Shown: positions 32,501 to 37,700 of the stretch, piece by piece | Layout of the letters: the number at the start of each line of letters is the position of its first letter | Numbering within the stretch: the first letter of the stretch is position 1 | Virus record (IMG/VR): IMGVR_UViG_3300044846_003060 | Source of the DNA: an uncultured virus (IMG/VR IMGVR_UViG_3300044846_003060) | Taxonomy: Duplodnaviria; Heunggongvirae; Uroviricota; Caudoviricetes | Length of the DNA stretch: 64,000 bases | Direction: 5' to 3' (one strand) | The notes under the pieces: generated by a model | Seen by the model: only the letters and a program-made list of their open reading frames with translations | The model's database searches: none | Told to the model about the DNA's origin: nothing | Made by a program: the position numbers and the translations under genes

Positions 32501-34722
32501 CTAGAGAAAATCAAATACTTGCTGAAAATCTTAATGAAATGAGAGACTCAGAAAACTATTTGTATTTTAGAATGTTAGCTGCAACAAATCCTGAAGTAGC
32601 TAGATTAAATAAAGTAGCGAGAGAAATATTATATCCTCAAACCTATCAAGAACAATTAGTAGTTGGTGAAATTCTTATGGGGTATGATAATTTTGGTAGA
32701 GATTATAAAACAGGCCAGTCTTTATTATATAACTCTGGAGATTATATGATTACTCAACTTAAGAAAGATAATAAAGAAGTCTATATAACTAATTATGAAA
32801 AACAAGGAGACAAATTTGTAAATATCGGTTTTGAAGAATTGAATTTTACTGGATACAATGTAACTCTTAAAAATCTATTGGATCCAGAAGCAAAACCATT
32901 TGAAGTCTTTATACCAGATATTGTAGGTAATGATGATGCATCTACTAAACTTGCAGATTCTATTCATAAGTTAAACTATATGGGTAAGATTGCTGGTTAT
33001 GGACAAGATAAAGCTAAATATTTTGAAGCAGCTTCTAATTTATCTAAACAAGTATTATTTATGAATGACGTAAAAGGTTTAACTGATAAGTCTAAAATTA
33101 AAAAAGCAATAGACTATGGTTATGCTCATACAATTCATAAATCTCAAGGTGGTACTTATACTAAAGTATTTATAAATGATCCTAGTATAACAGGATTAGT
33201 AGGATATATTAAAGATAGAAGAAGACTTACCGATGATCAAGCACAAACTGTTGAAAGACAATTAAAGTATGTTGCTGTATCAAGAGCTACTGACTATGTA
33301 TATATTTCAACTAATAGAAGTGCTGCAGGAAAACCTACTAGTTTTGATGATCCGGCCTCTGGAGATTTTGATACTGTAGGAACATTTAATATCAATGATT
33401 TAAATCCACCATCTAATCCACCAATATCAGGAGAAAGAAAACCTATTGAACCAATAAATGCTCAAGAAATTGAAGATGGTTTAATCTTACAAAAAGGTGT
33501 TCTTACTAAAGAAGAACAAAAACAATTCTTTCAATTTGGTAAAACAGTTCTAGAAAAGAATGGTTATAATCCTTTTGCACAATATGTTATGGCCTCTGCT
33601 GGTAAAATGGAATGGAGTCCTGAATTTGTAGTTGATAAAAATGGAAAAGGTGTAGATAGACCAGGAAATTATAATACTGGAATCATTCAAATTAAGAAAA
33701 ACCTAGGAGGAAGAGACAGTAAAGAAAAAAGATGGAATTATAATTACTACCTCACTAATTTTGATGGTACTACTATAGCTCCAATACCAAATAATATTAT
33801 AAGTATACTAGAAAAAGTTACAGGTCAAGATATGTCTGACTATGATACAGTTCTAATTAACTTATATCCATTAGGTAGAACACTTGGTTGGCATCAAGAT
33901 ATAACTGAAGATTATAGAAACATGGATAGAGATATTATATCTGTATCTATTGGAGCAGATGCTGATTTTACTTACAATAAAAGAGATAAATTAAGTTATG
34001 CTCCTGCAGCAGATAGTATTCCTGATGGTGTTGTTAATTTAAAGAGTGGGGATGTTATGAGTTTTGGTGGTAAATCTAGACTTGTTCAACATACTGTAAC
34101 TAATGTAACAGGTCAGACAGATTTAGGAACCATAAATCTTGCTAACTCTAATGTAAATAAATATTTTAATGGTGGTTTAAATTTATCTAACTGGAGAATG
34201 AACTTTACATTTAGAGTAGCTGATTCTAAAAATAATAATGGTAAAAGAGGATTAGTTTCTACAGTAATTCCAGGTATTAAAAAGTTTGAAGGACAAATGA
34301 CCTATGCTTATGGTCAAAATAAAAGAGCTGGTGTAATAGCTAATACAACATTTGATGCCATATTAACGGGTGAAAGAACAGCTACTACAAGATATGAAAC
34401 TTCAGATAATATTGAATACTGGAAAAAAGCCAAAGTTGGAGATATTATTACATGGAAATCTGATGATGGCCGTACTGTAGATGTAGAAGTAACAAGACCA
34501 CTACATAAATTAGTGGGGTCAGGTAAAACACCAACTGATTGGAGCCAACTTGAAGGCTGGTCAATATCTTATTTTAATGAAAAGGTTAGACCTAAACTTG
34601 ATAAAGCTTGGCAAATTGAGTTTAAATTACCTGCACCGCCTGCTGCTGAAACAGAAATTAATGATAACTTTATTGATCCTTTTGAAGATGATCAAGAAAA
34701 TAATTGTGCATATCCTTTTTAA
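20503..34722 (+). CDS. Polyvalent virion RNA polymerase (crAss-type two-barrel RNAP) fused to zincin, SLOG/DprA-like, SF1 helicase, AlkB-like and ASCH domains
   Basis: 4739 aa; HEAWH 23326-23340; DGQG ~26851; RIP 28060-28068; catalytic DYDVD 28177-28191; HSGGA...GGTG...FAGIGSR; GYAGTGKT/DESSM/GDPGQL/HKSQG/YVAVSRA; HQD...H...RMNFTFR; ILTGERTATTR. Confidence 0.88.
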   Translation: MKITCALSKEHLLKLAAVIYKDIESYQAENKAYDARVLMNQLYDKLNKAQGQEVALSYMQQMPFLVGQIAFKESTELIEDFAINDLFKLNKEFRNEDSGVQSLLNFFGKTIDASTLKLLADAELNNPVENDGPPIAEEPPIEKFTDKRLKVLVDNAISTTWEEFLEMDPNLKVDETIENVDPAKTTVYNTLDRLRKLTSGGTALDTIVMDDNKVKLRVWSLNAFPQDLLYQKTKDLKQRINTFQSGKAKDQGEVKPVTEQFMVVLTNEKGQILYFNEAGVVTPKENGGKPVYQMLRDVRLEKGGEYRVTDIYGREDMILGSAQTAQARVKQMGYKSIDMFEKSEGVKFSDFVNQIEEERQAKFKEYYDFRQSLIGMPANRQIFLPLVDVSNGVRNGRVRPGTMNINNLRSFTPEQAEAILQSITLLDTDYITEDRTLKANTSAVQINGEVFEVDRPDISTDLATKIAKVLTSKDLSITSKLDFVQQFLDNALDEDVRRHFIKYDADQKKLRFLYRTYINAQFKEIKKTNPKAANTWLEVDLTGGPAAEAKIIEVLLKGKGTLKKENNKIVLDKNGIPEVGRYYPAKIKYDKGLLQDGTYFDYIEDPNKPGEYMFSVGSYKTGLLPTMDAKIVLGKSKSIPLFNSYMIFAIPNAFSESIDQIKDENEIKGEPSEIRKKYNELVDILKNSPDQNPSLKATVTELGKITQTPTGNYRSIDITIEGQEGTFRLYRVVDTSAKVGDEISLILRDIEVQDGMGYPNTIVGVRDFEGRRYDFGFLQDSFRSKEYNEPSRQPVPLNTEAIEEAKEEEELDDITDTQSEVGESKDIPITPIEPGKGSIGRILDEDPGFVLDRKTWLSQSGITQEQLNNAKDWWENSSSGKLLNKYIELSVAADLVNSDVYAKFIAKGAWLLGYADYKLQPGKLGVIALNPRNGGNYVDVYHEAWHVFSQLFMTNEQRVKLYTEFRNSDPAYKDMSFFEIEERLAENFREYARNPKPVKSQPVRNTLFRKILNFLKQLFGKVSPKDIIDPNIMEIGMVNELFEALYFNNDNVLNKFSPSVDNLKWDELDRGVVVKTEEKNSKGKNIKVEVLNEQDGRALANTIDSVLSEIIDESSKFYNKKSGTVKILTDSYNKGLAYDKVRKKFIEDIKQWQKELLIKDAKFDTYTTLDQLDSNAFAVIRSKKGDHKYIFLRGQVESFKNLTADTKLGEREKGKLYKDNIEIVADYFEHDLIKDRKGRGASIIIVDSRQEAEDQFKNYIEIDPITNEQKAPSIQSIKFNEDRVAARLFTPEQQLKLDNIRIYETALKHWDSIIAHHENNSTFDIIKQKYILLEEDPSTNSSLDTTRANETRTGDKQIGEFTLQEMANKETVYILKSLFKKEKKGTGYVNVYDRFGNKQLADFRTVWNAVVRATNSAKDPQKIYDALVNAAKFSPELQQLIDYKLPLPNQVNQSSSEFDITTSFFTDFSRPKVPYIQLLAFDDGVEFSTEVTDAGIDVSKTLKIFEAKFRSDKNDSYIEKDNNISRLNLNAVLQNFRNKNSANLILDEDKAFKFLTSIGFYFDDLTAIKDELKDFNNRKYYYIPRIFETIKLVHEASLDPNLSKEGRELINKFRMSPLRVLRSGIPENVLGQKDSSLYKNGLSQKTIVDRLLTLQSKYGKTGSNFSVLNPERNRVNLHTDDNTATVIADAINQVSNKSDMWTKTQYRLLNSFNPAVNAFTNRSQIMKALFEPSNKRRTDRFLEIIMVAGTQLTLNDVFLSGTSTTSLDGQGKFLQDFHTFLKSGYLEFLRPGSKSSSFGFILRGGFPIDVKGMGKNKEQHLYADIDDFLTANNKETEVIERIILPYLAGELERINKFKENPKAKNYIGYNQKVTDSGKRAGEEYAIFEGILDDKTKSDLLEKINNSGIDLINYLKNDPDLKSSLIKQIKGYFTTRSTDVYNRLNEGKYVDPKLYNKVPGDLTKSEKEKVLAKTFMYNYWIHSVETQILFLGDISQYNHLKEELHKRTSGLISNGPRFRTDTAAQLFINNKALWAKSTYASTLPAEYQNFEYNGTFNTAIMEDITRDSEYLDIIKKGLEKDYAKRYALLPTAEAKKLIEERVAKEIAKYTADEIKEGDGQGYITVDAYRTLKKLQNRWSDQQEVLYQKVIKGSEITPAEYIELFPPYKLQYFGPLVAQTKDFANGTVLPVTAFHKFALVPLIPSWVKGSDLEVLHKEMLRNNIQYATFGSGSKVGAVTSDGELDKIYEPGSDNKKLKSKINFTKNTINVEYLKEVTSVPSKLKGKVIFSTQLRKLILEGLFIKGELVNGANKDIVEGYTSLVDSYTKLLKEELLTEIGYTKENGVYVGKPAKLLKLIKDNLAKKDYPSHLLDALKTNPDGSLKYDLSNFIDAQTIERTVLSIAENRFVKQKLKGEALVQVASSMTNGLWTAGNKFKAGSKEDVLKYMGTNNLPFYYPGEDGKTNAMKVAIALQGDFFNLLNLNDLDGQPIKTRERLNELIKQDEWLNKDNNRKAITMTAVRIPVQGLNSMEFMEVWEFLDPSASNIIIPPTELVAKSGGDYDVDKLTTFMPNIDKDGNVYTSDKNAKALLDSINEADSKDKMALIKQAKKVMENDLITSIRSILELPENYATLVRPNDTYMLKDIADELADVVVDYDKFQTVNRKFKEYRIVKGKKAISPTTTLEPLYNIDKFNGNMIGKAVLGIGANENAFSPLLNSIGAKMPLTYQESEFDPKINKYKDIKDGETYRTRLLLRHNKNADGTISLADVNSVDAVNKIADLFSQGMNGWVDVEKDQWIFYIQGNLEISPVLLYLLKAGVPVRDAVMFVSTPLIREYANKQRLLKSPYATLMGIAPTEPQFAQYNAANEVLSPAIDAYLKRTIDKAVFSGYSFDTASIAYYGLGPNGRKQLMTQEFKGTDDQVIKDQINDFLQYVDSNDVMRINFYQQADRRQNNKVYSKPRVSNKEIYNSAVQLSDNNLDSFGNFDKAKIEQLVKSKNDTDKYSDFSMAAFLHFIEIEKYLKGLGNVKRLSKPDTQTFKTIQEVLLRDLNIAYLNDYSKVDKTTFDRLRNDSILAALADKDIITQVISPLFSLRNSKQVLDQIVSTINTKTEALKERYGGLGADNISRFIEEYKNAINTFILQNFLSNNINSNGEIVLVPDTYKGFEVVTNENLETDVEVTEKDGKKLIRVNPKRIEADFKNKNYLVTSSSNNSYKSRGLEAFQVGDDVFESKSSYYRYVIEREYLKNKGFTKEELNSIALLNTYNPSVILRRGTYSFTDQLLESIQQFPELSKYPVVNQLSLYAFSNEFNVLTLNDKGLLDGAQADIYAQNIRELANPKIQKIANTKDNEKISRLFYMLQLMATYQHGSGPSIDGFNEILPQDSYLSVMNNASPLFTKYYFNEDTLEYIVDVLTADKLRIKNYTSMPTSNNTFVIEAKAEGAQPSIKPTTPTLTVNDPKDFTNHSGGAALSDTEWDQIGREFGVTNHKHYREPLDYVDTKGEAAKGSKTLDSKKLQAAGIEPTHISQKDYNEGAQKATKAFRMMYTDSENKSVRSAYIIRNWLQVKNADAIFALGTIKQPGENASDKAGETRIAAVPIVKGGTGYAVQMAINEGKPVYVFDGTKEGWYKYDYSIKNFVKTDTPTLTKNFAGIGSRTLSTKEVIDKSLQAIRDVYTQTFGAKQKSDGTTVKYKYYGAMYDIVVENGLGIDVLNYKGKPAKKAILLAYFNQNPNIDPQSTGPDPIVLSDEEINNDDTGNSDPTTGNTFTFADGYEIETPFKLNKEQEAALLKLEEFYNDPKKFNNEITLIGYAGTGKTSIMALFDKWLNKGWFGPNIVYTAPTHRANAVTKLKNPKIKVLTLHSLFGFGPEVDFEGMDYDVRDLQFANNRNGKIDKGQILIVDESSMITDELYDFLGQQKDKYDLKVIYMGDPGQLGPVQNKGGLTSKVFSNPTSSITLTKVERTGDNPILKESTALRSGGSLSYQSAEINGKGVEYINSTARENQILAENLNEMRDSENYLYFRMLAATNPEVARLNKVAREILYPQTYQEQLVVGEILMGYDNFGRDYKTGQSLLYNSGDYMITQLKKDNKEVYITNYEKQGDKFVNIGFEELNFTGYNVTLKNLLDPEAKPFEVFIPDIVGNDDASTKLADSIHKLNYMGKIAGYGQDKAKYFEAASNLSKQVLFMNDVKGLTDKSKIKKAIDYGYAHTIHKSQGGTYTKVFINDPSITGLVGYIKDRRRLTDDQAQTVERQLKYVAVSRATDYVYISTNRSAAGKPTSFDDPASGDFDTVGTFNINDLNPPSNPPISGERKPIEPINAQEIEDGLILQKGVLTKEEQKQFFQFGKTVLEKNGYNPFAQYVMASAGKMEWSPEFVVDKNGKGVDRPGNYNTGIIQIKKNLGGRDSKEKRWNYNYYLTNFDGTTIAPIPNNIISILEKVTGQDMSDYDTVLINLYPLGRTLGWHQDITEDYRNMDRDIISVSIGADADFTYNKRDKLSYAPAADSIPDGVVNLKSGDVMSFGGKSRLVQHTVTNVTGQTDLGTINLANSNVNKYFNGGLNLSNWRMNFTFRVADSKNNNGKRGLVSTVIPGIKKFEGQMTYAYGQNKRAGVIANTTFDAILTGERTATTRYETSDNIEYWKKAKVGDIITWKSDDGRTVDVEVTRPLHKLVGSGKTPTDWSQLEGWSISYFNEKVRPKLDKAWQIEFKLPAPPAAETEINDNFIDPFEDDQENNCAYPF

Positions 34723-34731
34723 TTAAATAAA

Positions 34732-37700
34732 ATGGCAAAAAATTGTAGAGATACTGAAAAATTTAAAACAGCTGAGGCATCTACTAAAGCTTGGTTTAAA
34801 ACAAATGGTTTATTAGATAGATTTTTAAGAATCCCTGAAGGTAAATTAGTAAAGTTTAGAGAGGCTAATGCAGCTTTATCTAAAAAAGCTAATAATGAAA
34901 TGAATATTCCAGGTAGACTCTTTACAGAACTTGAAGGAGGTACAAGAGCTTTACCAAACATAATGATGTTCCATAAGATAGATGCTTTTAAAGGTAAATT
35001 CTATCCGGGAAATAACTATTTAAAACCAGAATATTTACCAAGAGAAACTAGACCACTCTATGAAACTGTTGCCATTGATGAAGAAGCAGTTAGTGCTGAA
35101 AGAGCAGACAAGTTATTTAATGCATTAGGTCAAAAATATGAGGCAGCCTTTGGTATACCATATGTTATGGTATCAGAATATGAGGCTAATATGATATTAC
35201 AAAATAGCAATACTCCTTATAACAATCAACCAGGTTTCTTTTATGGAGACAAGGTTTATTTTGTTAAAGGTAAAGCTACTATGAACACAATGGTTCATGA
35301 ATTCTCACATCCCCTTATAAAAGCTATTGCATTAAATAACCCTAAACTATTTAACAATCTATATGAAACTTTACTAAAAAGTGATACAGGTCAAGATATA
35401 GTGAATCAATTAGTAGCTGAAGGTAAATTACAACCTGAGACTTCAAGATTTAAAGAAGAAGCCTTGGTTAGAGCAATGGAAAAAGATGCTGCTGAGAAGT
35501 TATCTAATGTAGTTAAAAGTGACAGTGCCTTTAAGGAGTTCATAAACATGCTAATGTATGCTATTAAAAAGATACTTGCTGGCATGACTAAGATGGTTAG
35601 TCCTAAAAAATTAACTACTACAACTACACTTTCTGAACTAACTGATATGATGTTATTTGAAGACTTTCAAATGGAATCTATTAAGTTTGATAATACTGAT
35701 TTTGCAGACTTTGCATCTGAGTATGATGCTTTACTTGGTGCTTTACAAAACTCCACTGCTAAACAATTACAAGAAGCTATCAACAGAGCCTATACAGAAA
35801 GTACTTTCCAGTTAACCCAGTTAAGAAATGCTCCTTGGAAACTAAAAGAAGATTTAAGTAGAATTGGTGGAGAAAAAGTATTGAGATCTATCAGAGATCA
35901 TTTGAAAAGATATCAAACTGTTTCTGCAGACTTATCTGATATTTCAGTAGATGAAATTTTAGATGCCATGGAATCTCAGCAAGAAGAGTTTAGAATAAGA
36001 GGTATTGCACTTATTAATTCTATAAATGAAGCTAAGATATTCTCAGAAAAAATAGAACAGATATTGCAAGAAATGCAGACTAATAAGAGACATCTTACTG
36101 CTGCTGGTATAGCCAAAGTACAATATTTTAGTGAGTATATTCAGAGGCAGAAAGAGTTTCTTACTGATGTAGAAAAAATATTAGGCCGGGGTAGGGACAA
36201 TGAGTTTGTAAAAGAACTTAGATCAACTATCAATATTATCAATGATGCTTCTGACTTAATCAAAGAACTGAAGACAGATGTAGTCACAGAAATATTTGTG
36301 GATAATACTGAGTTCATGCAAGAAGAAATGGATAGAAAGATTTCTGAAAGAATTAGGCAGATAGCTAAGGCAGATAATCTATCAGAAGCCCTGACAGAAG
36401 AACTTGTAAAAGAAATTACCAGTCTACCTAATGTAAAAAAATATGACATTGACTTAAAGAAATATCCTCTTAATCCTAAGAGAGCTCAAGTATTGGCTAA
36501 TGAATTAAAAGAATACTTCTTTAAAAGATTAAATAGAGATGCTATTGAAAAATATTTAAGTGGTGAAACTGAAGACCTAACATTCTTTCAGGCTTGGTTA
36601 AACCCATATCTATCTATGGATGATCCTTTAGGATCTTTTGTAAGATATATGAAGACTAAATTATCTGAGGCTGAGAACAAAAGTTTATCTCAAGCAAATG
36701 ACATTGCTAATACTCTAGTTCCTTTATTAGATGCTGTAGGTTATAGTCCAAATAATACAGGCCAACTAGGTAAGATGTTATTACAAACAGATAAGACTGG
36801 TTACACTGATTCTAATGGTGAGTTTGTTGAGTTTGAATTATATACTTTCTTAGATCAATTTATTAATTGGAGAAGAGATAAAGCTGAATTACAACACAAC
36901 TTTGATAAAGCAAGAGAGAGTGGTGATAAAGAAAAGATTAAATCTGCACTACAAGCACTATGGGAGTTTGAAGAAAAGTACATGCACCGTAAGTATAAAC
37001 AAGAGTACTATGACCTTCAAAATATTTGGAAACAAGATAACACAGTTAGAAACCCAATCACAGGATTAGATGTTAGTGTTTCTGCTTCACTATCTACAGA
37101 AGCATTCTTAGAAAGACAATCAGGTTTGGATAAACTCAATCAATACAAACACGAGGCTTATACTGAAATGGATGACCTTTATGAGTTTACTGAATCAGAT
37201 GCTGCAAAGGCAGAGTATGAGCAATTATATCAGATAACTAATGCAGATGGTACAAATAAAACCGGTGATGAACTTCTAAAAACTCTTGTAAGAAGAAAGT
37301 ATAGATATGAATCTAAAAGATTTTATGAGTATAGTTTGAATGAAGAAAGAGTTCAAAGAGACTACGACAATTATGTTCAGGAGTTAGCAGTTAGAGGTAT
37401 AACCAAAGATGCTAAACCTGAAGAGTGGAAAGCAGAAATGAAGAAGTTTATTGATAAAAACTTCCGTATTGCATATTCTGAAGATTATTATAGATCTAAG
37501 GAAGATCTTTTTACACGACTTACAGATATAACTAATAAGTATAAATCCCCCCTGGCAGATAAAATGAGAGATCTTTATCTAGAAAGATGGAGACTTACAA
37601 ATGCTATTACAGATAAGAATGGTACAACTAATGCCTTACAATATACTAATGCTGTATTAGAAAAAATTAAAGATCTAGAAGAAGAGATTGTTAAGCTTCA

